From: Rhizodiscina lignyota
Lineage: Eukaryota
Direction of reading: 5' to 3'
DNA length: 64,000 bases
NCBI GenBank assembly: GCA_010015805.1
Contig: ML978124.1
Coordinates: 1,302,001 to 1,366,000 of the forward strand
A model generated the notes under the pieces. It searched no databases and was not told where the DNA came from. It saw nothing but the letters and a program-made list of their open reading frames with translations. The position numbers were made by a program, and so were the translations under genes. This document shows, piece after piece, positions 1 through 12,430 of the stretch (position 1 is its first letter; every line of letters begins with the position of its first letter).

Positions 1-35
1 TGATAGTTCTTGTTCTAACCAATTCCTCACTTTAG

Positions 36-1404
36 ACAAACCTTCCCAAGTATCGAACGACACAGTTCCGCGATGTAAGAAGAACGCATAACGAGTTCAT
101 CAAGCTCGCAGACCACCTCGTCTCAGCAAATCCAGAAGCATTCGTCCCTGCTGTACCTGCGGCATTAACGTCCGCCGGTGCCGGTACCGACGAAGATGAG
201 GCGAGAGTGAAAGCTTCGATGCAGCGATGGCTCAATACAGTTTGCTCAAACGACATATTAATACGTGACGAAGAGATGATGTTCTTCGTGGAGAGTGATT
301 TTGGATACAGTCCAATGGTACGGAAAAGACAACCTGCAACAGGCGTGCGGAGGAAGGTCTTAAAGCAATTTGCGCCACCACCAGACGACACACCAGAACT
401 TCAGGATGCTAGACCTGTGGTGAAGCTGTTTTATCTCGGCACGATGGACGCACAACAGAAGATCGACAAGGTGGTGAAAGCCAGGCGAGGTAAGTGCATT
501 ACGACAATTAGCGGAGGCTGTTAACCAACGAGCGATCTTAGCCCTTGGATTGGCAGAATCCGACCTCGGTGTCAAGCTGAGCCAAATGAACGTCCAAGAA
601 ACGCAAGCAGGCCTAGCGAACGCCTACCGCAAACTCGGCAAAGTCATCCAAACGACAGGTGACTTCCATTCCGCCCAGGGCACCGCAGAAGCCACGACAT
701 TCGGCGACCCACTGGCCTACCACTCCTCCGACGCCTTCATCGTCAAAGAAACCCTCACGAACCGACACATCCTCCTCCGCGAGCTCCTGCAAGCACAGCA
801 ATCTACGCGCTCCAAGCTCGCCGCAGCCGACCGCCTCAAAGCCTCGTCCTCAGTCCGCCGCGACAAGGTCGATGAAGCGATATCCGCGCTGGACGAAGCG
901 CGCACCCACGAGCAGTATCTCGACCAGAAGGCTCGCCGCGTAACGCAGAACCTGCTGTTTGAGCGCCGCAAGTGGTTCGCGCGTACGGCTGCTGACCTGC
1001 GCGCTTCGCTGCGCGAATACGTGGTGCGAGAGATTGAGGCTGAGCGCCGTACGCTGGCGAATCTCGAACAGGTCCGCCCGGATATTCGTGCTATTGATGC
1101 TAGCGGTGGACTCAGCAGGCTGGGTAGGGAAGCACATCCTGCGCAGCGCAGGGCGAGCCTGGCGAGCAGTCAAGGGCCGAAAGGCGATGCGTGGAGTGGA
1201 GTGCCGAGGCGGCAGGATGGGCTGAATAGGAGTATTAGTGGAAGCTTCGGAGCACCGCTTCCTGAAGATGAGGAGGAGGGAGCTGAGGGTGAGGGAATCG
1301 GCAGGAAGAGAGCAGTTAGCGGTGTGGGCAGCGTAGCGGATGAAGATGATGACAGAATTGATGCGAGGAATGCCGCGAGCCGGTTAGCAACTACGACTTT
1401 TTGA
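36..1404 (+). CDS. VPS17: Vps17 retromer sorting nexin (PX-BAR); 5' exon(s) upstream of the window; exons 36-489 and 542-1404
   Basis: Branch site CTAAC at 15-19 and AG at 34-35, then TNLPKYRTTQFRDVRRTHNEF (PX domain). Intron 490-541 (GTAAGT..TTAAC..TAG) joins KARR|ALGLAESD in frame. BAR region ends IRAIDASGGLSRLGRE, typical of fungal Vps17. Confidence 0.9.
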
Positions 1405-1613
1405 TAGTACAGGATGTTAGGAAGGACTTTAATGAATCAGTTTGCTAGCAGGTGCATGCATTCAGATTTGCATGCTAGCAGTGGCTGGGATATGTAGATA
1501 CTGTTGTACTCTATGGCCGTTGGCGAAATATTGGGTAGCACGATTCCCGTGGATATCTAAATGGAAGCATTCTCATAGGTCGTCTTGGACTCATCACTTT
1601 CTTTAGGAGCACA

Positions 1614-3155
1614 TCACCAAGCCGTGATATCATCAACCTCAGCCTCTCCGAATGTGCTGCTCTTTGTCTTTCCGACCTCGTCTCCCCCATTCGCCTCTTC
1701 GGCGGCCGTAGGCGTCCTCGTGAAGATGTCCGCCAACTCCTCCTTCATAAACTTCAACAAGTGGTTGTTCACCTGCTCAAACTCAAGCAAGAATGCGTCG
1801 TGGCCTTCAGAGCTCTCAATCCTCTCGAGTCTTGAGTTCGGAATTCCAGCGTTTAGCTGCACTTGTTCGCTAAAGGCGAACAGTCCGTCCGACTGTATGC
1901 CCAGGACTAACGTGGGTTGCTCGATTTGACTGAGCGCAATCTTTAGTGCTTCTTCAGCCGATTCAACATCTAATGAGATACGATTGCGACTGACGTCGTG
2001 GGTATCGAGTTTGCGGGTGATGGCGATGTAGCAGTTTGCGTCGAAACGCTTGATGAACTTGTCGCCTTGGTAGCGGAGATAAGATTGTGTGGAAAAGTAG
2101 GTCGGTGTACGTTTCTTCGGTGAAGCTATTGTTTTCAACGTTGCGTCTAAATCCTCTGCAATGGCGGATGACGAAGTGCCTGGTCTTGAGCTACGAGGTG
2201 ATCCGGCGTTCTTGTGGCCGTCGTTGTGGATCGCGAAATGTTCGTTCCCGGACGACGCCCGTAGGTGCTGAGGGCCGTTGATACTCTGTCTTCGTCTAGT
2301 ATCCGGAATGTTTCTTCCGAAGCGTGACTCAAAGGAGTCACGGCTTCGATAAGTAAGGAGTGCGGCCATACGGGCAGCGCCCAGACCGGTGGATGGAGGA
2401 TCTTTGAAGGAGTAGTAGCCATCTTCGTACTTCGGATCACTATAGATGCTTTGTCTTTGCGCTTCGCCCCAGCTGATGCCCCATGCACTATAACGCGCTG
2501 ATGTAGCAATTGGGATGATGGTCCGGACATAATCCTTGCCAAAGTACGCGAATTCGAGGACCAGCATGCCTCCCATGGAGCCGCCGATGACAGTGGCAAT
2601 CTGCTTCACGCCGAGGTCATCAAGTACCAGCTTGAAGAGGTTGACATCGTCGCGAATGGTCGTAAGTGGGAACTCAGGACCGTAAAGGTCGTTTTTTGAA
2701 TCGCCATCCTTATAAGTCACGGGACTGCCGCTGCCATACGGACTTCCCAGGCTATTCAGACAGATGACGAAGAATCTTGTCATGTCAAACGCCTTTCCAG
2801 GTCCACCGAGCATCGGTCCCCACCAATCGCTGACATCTGCGCTCCCGGTGAGGGCATGGCAAATCACCATGCAATTGTCAGCTGCAGGAGACAGTTTGCC
2901 ATATGCTTTGTACGCAACCGGTACATTTCGGAGCACGACGCCGGACTCCAATTCAAACTCCGGGACGATGGCGATGTCTTGGTCCGGTATGAGCGAGGCA
3001 AATGGGTTGCCAGGCTGTGAATTCACTCTCCCTGTGTCATTGTTAGTCGCTATCCGATGACATGATTTTCTTGAAGGCGTACTGTATCTTGTACCATGCT
3101 CTTTCACGCCATTCGTACCATTCACATCATTTTCCACCAGTGGTGGGGCGGCCAT
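1614..3155 (-). CDS. MET2: Homoserine O-acetyltransferase, intronless
   Basis: Alpha/beta-hydrolase motifs CHALTGS, GGSMGG (nucleophile Ser), RFDANCY and EGHDAFL (catalytic His). First ATG at 3155. Confidence 0.93.
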   Translation of the reverse strand: MAAPPLVENDVNGTNGVKEHGTRYSTPSRKSCHRIATNNDTGRVNSQPGNPFASLIPDQDIAIVPEFELESGVVLRNVPVAYKAYGKLSPAADNCMVICHALTGSADVSDWWGPMLGGPGKAFDMTRFFVICLNSLGSPYGSGSPVTYKDGDSKNDLYGPEFPLTTIRDDVNLFKLVLDDLGVKQIATVIGGSMGGMLVLEFAYFGKDYVRTIIPIATSARYSAWGISWGEAQRQSIYSDPKYEDGYYSFKDPPSTGLGAARMAALLTYRSRDSFESRFGRNIPDTRRRQSINGPQHLRASSGNEHFAIHNDGHKNAGSPRSSRPGTSSSAIAEDLDATLKTIASPKKRTPTYFSTQSYLRYQGDKFIKRFDANCYIAITRKLDTHDVSRNRISLDVESAEEALKIALSQIEQPTLVLGIQSDGLFAFSEQVQLNAGIPNSRLERIESSEGHDAFLLEFEQVNNHLLKFMKEELADIFTRTPTAAEEANGGDEVGKTKSSTFGEAEVDDITAW

Positions 3156-3234
3156 TGTGTAGTTCACCAGTCAATTGAAGAATTGAAAGGGAGAGCCGTG
3201 CATTTATGAATTCCCATGGTGTGTCTAAACACCC

Positions 3235-3241
3235 ATGACTC
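3235..3241. promoter_or_regulatory. Candidate Gcn4/CPC-1 (cross-pathway control) site ATGACTC upstream of MET2
   Basis: ATGACTC lies 80 nt upstream of the MET2 ATG. A variant, TTGACTG on the minus strand, lies near 3168-3174. Confidence 0.45.
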
Positions 3242-3348
3242 CTTCCTCACAACTCTGTCTACTGCCTCATTCGGTTACGCCAAGATTTCGCGGAAGCTCG
3301 CACGCAATTTTAGGGGCGAAATCCGCAACAACGTTGTTCCAACCCGAA

Positions 3349-5142
3349 ATGCCGACGTCCGATATAGCTCTCGTCCTAGAAATGCTCCTTGCGTCAGCCG
3401 ACGATTACCTCGATATGGTTGTTGCCCTCAACTCCACGCAGATCTTGCGAGCATGATATATGCTGACAATGCTGAGGAATCAGACAGTATCTATCTCTAA
3501 TAACGGCGGCTATCAGACGTCGCTTTAGATATACCGAGTCTTATGTCATCCAAGATACGACTCCAGCTCGGCGAGCTGCATCTGGTATCTCGAAAGAGGG
3601 CTCTGAAAGTCGATGTGGAAGCGTTCATTGATGCATCCGGTCGCGCGAGAAGTGACGGACAAGCTACGGATGAGCACGACCCAGGGATTATTCAGGATGC
3701 AACCTCACTTCTGTCCCCGTCAGCATGGATTTGCCGCGGTAGAGGACTTCGACTAATCATTCGGCCTATTGTGAGCGATTGCCGTTTGCAAGCAGAGGAC
3801 ATTGAGCGTTTGCAGAAAGCTCTATGCCAAGCAGAAGCAGGTTGATATGAACCAGCCATCTGCCAAATGCTAACTGGCATGATAGTTGTGGAATCAGCTC
3901 CGTCTTTCAGCAACACGACCAACATCAGAAAGCGGTTATTCCAGAGGTGATGATATTGTGATTGAACTGCGCCATACTGAAAACTCTGAAAGCAATACGA
4001 AGAAGCGCCTGCACAAACTTTCCCTTGATGTTCCTCATGCTGACGTTCAGCCTCCTAACGGCATTGATACTTACGGATTGGAATGTGTCCATCTCAAGAT
4101 CTTCGTGAATGAATGGCGACCAAAACGTCGAGGACAACCAAAAGCTGCAAAAGCTGAAAGACAACGCGACTTCCAGACTGTCCATAGCGCACAATCACAA
4201 CTTGTTGAAGGAAACATTGATCTCCTCGAGTGGAACGCTGAACTGGGAGACAACACGCATGACACTTACTTTGCAGAAAATGGATCAAAAATCGGCCATA
4301 TTCCGCCACATGATGTGTACGCAGACGAAATGCTCCTTGACGACACGCCCAACAGCTCTCTTGCTACGACAGTCAGCTCCGAAGACGCAGATTTGCTCAT
4401 TGAGACTGCGACTGCGTTTCCTGTCCTGTCCGACGGCGTTGCTGAATCGAACCTTGATCTAGACGCCATCTGTGAACTTATTGATGCAGCACTCCGACTT
4501 ACTATGTGCGAACGTCCGAACAAGCTCCCGCAAGGGGTGAAGGTGAAGCAGTGCAGCATCTCTCCGCGGTTGGCTGATCTCGCACCGAGCTTGTGGAGTC
4601 CTGGATACCTGGCAGCAACGGCTCAGCGCTCAGTGTTCATCCCCACTATCAGCCATGCGCTGTCCCACTCTCTGTACAAGAACGCGAGATCGTCGAGCCT
4701 CAGACAGAAGCTGGGCGCGTTAGCAGAATCTAGCGGGCCCGCAAAATTCGGACCGAGCCCTGAAGCTGTGCAAAAGGCAGCTGCGGCGAGGATGTGGCAA
4801 TTGATGCAGCATCAGGTTTTCGATCCAAAGGCTGCGCGGCGCTTGAAGCCAATACAGATGCGAGACCAGGCTTTCAGCGACCAGTTGAATGACGACTTGC
4901 TCATCAACCCTGATGAAGGTGGCATGACGTTGGAAGATGATATCTGGAATGAGCTTGTGGAAGATGGCGGCGATGACGACTTGTTCGATGCGAATGAGTG
5001 GGACTATGGCGTTGGGAATGGCGATGATCTGTTCGAGACCATGATTTGGGACTATGAAAGTGGCGGTGCTGGATTCGAATCTGAATTGCAAGAGCATAGG
5101 AACGAAGATGCAGAGGATTTTCTTGAGCTTATGGAAGAGTGA
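3349..5142 (+). CDS. Hypothetical fungal protein with acidic C-terminus; 5' exon structure unresolved
   Basis: 418-codon open frame 3886-5142 with protein-like composition and a D/E-rich tail. It is preceded by an intron-like 3' end (GCTAAC..TAG at 3885). Upstream coding-like blocks at 3349-3417 and 3517-3840. Confidence 0.6.
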
Positions 5143-8100
5143 GAGTGAGAGTTGAAGCATGTGGATTGAAAGAGCTGTTTAGCTACATCGTCAGTTGGCA
5201 ACTCGCGGTCGCATTGATGCTCGGTAAAAGGCTTCCAATGATAGGTCAGATGGCAAGTTTAGTGTCACGCAGAATTACTGAAAGGCTCGTTGCAGATATA
5301 CGACATACAGTAGTGCCCTCCATTTAGCGAAAGGGGCACATTCATGCAGAACTCGCTGCAGCAAGTCATCTGGTGTGCTGCATGTATAAACTTTAAAGGC
5401 CTCCTCTCGTAAAAGCCTAAACCACCAATGTTCCGGAGCTTATCGAGACGCTACGAAACCATTAAAAGAAAATTCCCCGCGATCTCTGCAGCCGCAGCCT
5501 CGTCTGAAGTTTGAGGCGTTGGGTTTTGGGAACGTGATCGCGAGAATCACAGACATTGCTCCACAATCACATGGAAAGAACTGATAACCTTGCAGAACCG
5601 TACACTATGAAACAGCGCCAGCTTTGTCTGTGCAGAAACGTGATATGGTGATACAGGGAGAATGTGCGTCCCAGGAGTGGCTGAAGGCAGGAATATGAGT
5701 CTCGAAACTTGGAAGACGGTGATACACGATCATCACGATATAGTGGACTCACTCCTTGGAACCCACAAGTATACGCGGTGTGACTCCTGCGTGGCGGTTC
5801 ATGGCAATCCCATTCCGAGGTGCTATCCCGCATGAGGACCTTGCATCTCGCCCAAGCTCGCGCGCGCATCGAAACCGCCACAAGCCCAAATTGCTACCCG
5901 TGGTCGGCGGGGTGTCGAGGGGTTTGACAGCTCTTAACGGGCCAATTATTACCATGGGAAAGTATTGCTCCTCCATCCGAGGCTCCGAGAGCAAAACTTC
6001 TTTTTGACGTGTGCGGTCCGCCATCAATGAAATCCCACAAGCGCCTCACAGGCAAATCTTGCCCACGACCAACCGAATGCGAGCATTGATGGTCACGGCT
6101 TCTCCGCCCAGCAATGCCTGTCAGCAGCCCTCAGGGGCATCAGCATCAGGGCGGGAACTTCTCCAGGAACAGGAACAACCAGAGCAGGGGTGAGCTTGCA
6201 GGCGATATTGTCTTCCGGCGGATTTCTGCTCGCATCGTTGATCGTGTGAGCTTCGTCCCGGCGAATTTGCGAGGCGGCAGATCAGGCGAAGGGCCTGACT
6301 CGTTAAATGCAAATAGAAGAGGAAGTAGCTTGAATCCTGGTGGGGATTAAAGAAACTTTGACAGTAAGGCAATCATAGCCAGCCAGCCTTTGAGCATCAC
6401 GGACGGTGGGGTCGAGAAGCGAGAGGCCAAAGCGGCGCAACTCCTGCATCCAAGCGTCGATGGCTTTTGGAGTCTGGCACCCTTAGGCGACCGAACGGGC
6501 TGCCGGTGCTAAACGTTTCTCTAGCTCCACATCCACTGGTTGCACTGCGGAGGCGCCGGTGGTCTGGCCTCATTGGAGCAACTGGGTGTTGCTGAAGGTT
6601 TGACACCGCGGTTTTGGAGGTGCAGAGATCTTGCAGATGCTGCAGAGCCGGCGGAAAGGAGCTGCATGCCCGCGCGCTTTGCAGCGTCGGTGACGAGGCA
6701 GAGCGACTCTTCGGTGGGTTTCGTCTGACCGCCGATCGATTCTGTACACGCATCTTGTTCTTCGTATCTCGCTACAGCTTTGCAGGGGTTCTATTGCTGC
6801 TGTCCAGATAGACGACCGATTCGCTTCTGCTAGACAGCGCGGTAGGGCTTGGTGCGCAGAAAAACGGGTCCGTTGGTGATATTTCCGCGACGGGATGGCC
6901 AATATTCTGCCCTTCCACCCCCTCGTATGCGAGCATTCGCAATCTCGCTCGCGCGTTATCGATTGGGAAGGCCATGAGTTGGAGAGCCGGACGCTATCTC
7001 ATGGAAGCATTGATGGAACAGAGCACCTGGCCATCGAGCAAGTGGTACCGAAGCAGAACTATCAACTGCTCGATCGCTGAAGGCTGTTTCCAGCTGCGCG
7101 TTTAGCACGCTCGGACATTTTGGGCGACTGAATCATGTACGAACGCACAGCAGCAGCTGGCCGTGCCCAATCGAGATGCACTGCGGGATGCGCGGATCAA
7201 AAAGGCCCAGTAATCGACGACAGGCTTCTGAATCCATGCGTGAAATTGGCAGCATTGCTCGCTGTGCCTCGCGACTCACGAACGACCGCGCTCCTGGTTG
7301 CTAGTGTTGGAGGCTAATCGCATGCCAGCTGAAGATCCGTCAGATCGCAAGGGCCGCCTTGTGATGCAGTTCTCAGAATGTCAAATGTCAACGGAATCAA
7401 GCACGTCAGAGCAATGGGGAGCAGCGAGAATCACAGCTGCTCTCGGCCGGCTCGCACTGCAGGAGCACATCGGTTTAGATCTGCCGGACAGGGAGGTGAA
7501 AGGGGACACAGCTGCACTCCCTACTGGTGGCGTTCCGCCATGCAATCCGGCAACGTCACTTGGGCTGGAGCGGCAGCCATTCATAGCCCACGAACGGCGG
7601 CGCGCTGTCTATCCGCACTAGAGGGCCTTAGCAGCAGATGGGCGTCGACACAGGGCCCGCTGAGGCTTCGACGAGATGATTTGAACCTCCCAGCGACGCT
7701 TGGCTGTGACCTGTCTCTCCACTCTCTCACGATCGGCCTGGGGAGTCGTCTTTCTAGCTCTCCAATTCTCTTTTAAACTTCCCAGAGCTGGGCCACTGCG
7801 GAGTCGACATCGCGTAAACGCGAGTTTACTTAATCGTGCATTGTGCATAGCATCTCGCTGGGGAGCTGCGAGAGACTGCTACCCCCAGTCTCCGGTCCTC
7901 CACAATATCAAGGTCGCACGAGCCTTCCACGATAGTTGCACGAAGCTACGAAAGCAGCAACAACGACCTGAGGATCGAGATATCAATCGGTTCACCACGT
8001 CTGCGCCATAACAGCACCAACGCACCAGGAATCCGGGGATAGGACCATTACTGCGTGTACGACTAGGGCATTCGAACCGACGAATACACTTCAACCGCCT

Positions 8101-8215
8101 CATCTACCGTTTGCAAAAAATTCCCTGCTCAATTACTCAGGAGAGAGCTTGGAAGTCAAATCGAGTCTCGTTCGCTATATCTTAATCAGCATATTTATGC
8201 ATAGGTAAACGCCTG

Positions 8216-8266
8216 GTGAGCCTCCAATTACACTGCACAAAAATTAGTGGCTAACCCCTTTCGCAG
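8216..8266 (+). other. Probable 5'UTR intron of the MHYT gene
   Basis: Donor GTGAGC at 8216 (alternative GTAAAC at 8205), branch GCTAAC at 8250-8255, acceptor CAG at 8264-8266; about 170 nt upstream of the ATG. Confidence 0.5.
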
Positions 8267-8438
8267 AAGCAATTATCGCGTCAATATAACTTCCATTGAC
8301 CAACTTTAACGAAGCCTTTGACACCCAGAACGCGTTTTATGCGCATTTCTACGTGTCTCAGTCGACGACATCTAACTTGATCGAAACAATTATTATTCGC
8401 GCGATAGTCGGTCCAAAAGGGGCCTCCGAGCGAGCAAG

Positions 8439-11080
8439 ATGACGGACTCTCCCTACAAATCAGGCGACTGGATCTCGTTCCGGCTCGAGCCAGGAATTGT
8501 TGTTGCGTCGTATTTCGTGAGCTTGACTGGCGCCATCACAACTGTGGAATTGCTGCATCGAAGAAGGGAAGGAAAAGGTCTTTATAGATGGTAAGTGAAA
8601 GCGTGGAATGACTACTTGACCGTTACTGACGTCTTTAGGATGCAAAACGGTGCTGTGTCCGTGTCCTTCGGCCTCGTCGCCATCTGGTGTATGCATTTCG
8701 TCGGAAACAGAGCGATCGTACTGGGTGATGGGTCCAAGGAGATTCAGCTGTACTACAACTCCGGCTTCACTGCGTTATCAGCCTTCCTACCGGTCGTGTT
8801 CTTGTTCTTTGGCTTTACATCCGTCGAACTACGCCAGCCTGGACAAAGATTCTTCTGGCCGTCCCTGCTGATTGCATCTGTCATCGCTGGTCTGGCCATC
8901 ACCGGTATGCATTACGTCGGAAACTTTGGTATCACCAACTACCATGTCAGGAATCCTGCGCAATACATCGTCGGCGCTGCTGCGATTGCCATCTTCGCCT
9001 GTATCGTTGCGCTGACCATGTTCTACTACTTCAAAGAGCGATGGATCAACAGCTGGTGGAGACGTGTCATGTGCGCCATCATTCTCGCTGGTGCCGTCTC
9101 TGGAATGCATTGGCTGGGTACCATGGGAACAACATACCAGCTCAGCAGCGGGACGGTAGCCGACCAAGGGAACAGGAATACCAACTTGATCATCGCCATC
9201 GTGATTGTAAGTGGGCTGCGCCGGTGACAATATTACGAGTCGCTAATTTTTATCTCCAGAGTCTTCTTGCTTGCTTCGTCTGTTTGATGTTTGCATTCCT
9301 CACCCAGGTGAGGAAGAAGCAGTTGGCAGATCGTGCACAGCACGTCGTGTTGGCATCTGTGACATTCGATCCCGATGGCAAGATCCTTGTGACCCAGGAG
9401 GGTTTGATGCCTAGTCAGAAGATCACCAAGCAATACAACCAGCGAGTGAGTTGTCAGCACAGCTACCTTGACATCAGCACTAACATTTGTCAGTCTTTCA
9501 ACGATGAGTTCAACGTCGCTCACCCGGTCTTCCAATGGTTGTTCCGTGTCAGTCACAACTGGGGTGGTGTGCAGGATCTCATTCCCGCCATGCGCAGCCA
9601 TTTACGATCCATGGGCAGCTTGAAGAACACTCCTGCCAATGCTAGACCGCACAGCCCTTCCACCAGATCTGTCTTCGAAGATGCTACAGGTGTTGAAGAA
9701 GACTACTCCGTTATTTTCCGCGAGCACTTCTGTGTTGCTGCCGCTGAACTGGCCGAACACTTGCAAACTCGCATGCCGGACTTGGGCGTCCTGTACAGCG
9801 ACATTATGATGACTGGTAGTATGGCTCCCGAGTTTATGCCCCGAGGTAGAAGACCCGGTGTTGCGCCAGGCAAATCGAGACCAAGCGACGTTGAAGAGGG
9901 CATGATACACGGAGCGATGTTCGGAAGGGGTCAACTCCTGTTCCTCGTCCGCGAAGTCGACAGGCCAGAAGCATCTCGACTCATGGCAGCTGGATATCGT
10001 TTCGCCGCCATATCCCAGGTCGAGCAGCAGAACGCTCGCAGTATGCAGGTGCCACAAGCTGAGTTCACCGCGAACATCAAACACCTTAGGTCATACTGCG
10101 CGACCAACGCAGTCGAACAAACCTCGGGAACATTCATTGCCTGCTTCGCCATGCGCGCCGCTGTCAAGACCACGCATGGAAGCTGGGAAGTCCTTGTGCC
10201 AAAGGATGATTTGAAGAACCTGCCCCGCGTCGAGATCACGCCTGGCAGTCTCAAGAACTGGCATCAGCGCGTCATGGGCCGTCTCGATGGCATGACAGTC
10301 AACCAATGCATGAAGTATCTTGGGGACCGCGCCACCGACGCTCCTGACGACGAGGAACGCAGCTTCACCAAGCGCCTGCTCCTGTGCATTGCGGAATTGC
10401 AGGAGATCGTCCCTGAGCGTTTCTTCGAGTATGCCATCTTCTCGTCGAAGCCTGTGATCGGACCGGAGAGCGGTGTCCAGGGACCAGCAACAACATATGC
10501 GTTCTGTATCATTCCCGACGTGCACTCCTCCTCCATCAAGCACGCAAATGACACCCTTACGTACACGCCCTTCTCGTTCTTCAAGAGCAGCCAGCGTGTG
10601 TACAAGAACAGCCCGGATCACGCATACCTCGCGCAGCGCATCCATCGTGAATTTGCCTCCATTCTTGCCGCAAAGGAGGCCAACAAGCTGAACGGCAATG
10701 GCACACGACCCCACTCTTTCGCCACCCATTCAAGCCAGTCGCAACCAAAGCGCAAATGGCTCTTCGCCAAAAACGACGGCTCAGGGCGCACCTCCCGACG
10801 TCCATCGTCGTCAAAGGAGGCCGACTCCGCCAGCCAACGGTATCTCTTCAAGAAGGGCGACGACGGTGAGAGCGGGTTGAGCAGCCCACAGCCCACGCAT
10901 CCATGGGGTGGTATCATGGTGTCCAGCGACGTCATCGTCGATTCCAACGTCAAGGAAGAGAGCCACATGGAGATGCAGGACCTTGGTCTAGTGACGGAAG
11001 CAGGCGTTGGTGGCGAAGAGCAGCCAACGTATGCGGATGAGCTGTTCAAGATAACGAGCGCGAGATGGCAGAGGGCGTGA
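8439..11080 (+). CDS. MHYT-domain integral membrane signalling protein; exons 8439-8590, 8639-9206, 9260-9445, 9494-11080
   Basis: Multi-pass N-terminus with three MHYT-type motifs (IWCMHFVG, ITGMHYVG, VSGMHWLG). Three canonical GT-AG introns with branch sites all join in frame. Long soluble C-terminal region. Confidence 0.85.
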
Positions 11081-12430
11081 GCGATGTTTGCGCAACCTCT
11101 CTCCCCCTCGTCATGCTCATCCTCCTCTTCCCTGCCTCCTTCTCTGCATCGCCATGGTGTTCTTCTGTTCATGTGCATGGATCCACGGTTACCCATCTGC
11201 GTTCTGCAATCTTGCTAATCTCCTGCTCTTTCTTATGTAGTCGCCAGGCCCGAGCCGAGTTGTTGAACTTCTGGGTCCTTTCGCCCGACACATCACCGTC
11301 CGGCGAGAGCCACGTCTTAGGGTTCGAGAGCGACGACAGCGCGTTGGTTTAATGTTTTTCTTCTTTCCCAACCTCTTTCTTCTCTTGTATCAGGAGCGGT
11401 ATTCGGACAGGAACGATACCCGTTGGATGGCGGTCTGACATCCCTTGCTCTTCTAACTTCTTCTCGGCCATCGTGTCGATTGTTTGGTTACTGTATAGTC
11501 ACTGGGAAGCCGTTTTGTATGAGTTACGCGTTGAAAGATGAAAAGTAAGGGGGCGTTTAACGGCGAAGGACCAGTGGGGAAAGGTATATAAGGGACAGCG
11601 CAGGGCACACTGGGGAATTTGTACATACTGTATGACTTGCATTGGAAGATAATTCAATACTTCAAAACACAGCTTCTCGTAGAAGCCATTCTTTGAAAAA
11701 ATGTTTCAGGAGGGCAAGAAAGCACACGACGTCTCTTTAAGCTTGCCCACGACTCGTGGGTGTTACCAAGGTGTCGGCTCAATATATGCGTACCACTAGG
11801 TTAGAGGTAGGGGGGCGCAAACGAATTCCCCCAGGCCCAAACAGACGCACCCCAGCTGAAGATCATCACCAGCGCAGTCAGAGTGGTCTGATTCTTAAAC
11901 TCTGCTGCAGCACAGGCGCTTTACCACGGCGACCACACAAGGGGTGAATAGAGTTCAATGGCATGCTTGTGCTTGCTTTCAAGCTGCCTTTTTGAGTCAA
12001 ATTTTAGTCCAGAAAAGAAAGGGTGCGTTGCGCTATGTACACGGAATAGGAAAAGTTTGTGCTGTTGTGCGCTTATCTGGGCGCTACCTCATGCAAATGG
12101 ACTCAATCTCGTCCAAACACTAGATGTGTTATAATGAATTCTTCTCTTCCGACTTTTCATCTTCCCTTTCCCGTGCTTTCGACCCCGTCATCTTCTTCAT
12201 TCTTAACATTCCTGTTGAATGGTTAGGGGTGCGTTTTGGCCTGTGCTGTGCGCCGAACCCTCAAATTTGATGAATGATAATCCAGACGCGCCGACCCTTT
12301 GGGCTGCCCAGTTTCCATCATCTCCTCCAATTTAGATTTCTGAAGACAACAAACTTTGGGTCCATTTCGCTTATGGAGCTGCGTTGGCCACTCTTGGGCA
12401 GATGTCTCACGATAAACTTTGCGGGCGCTG

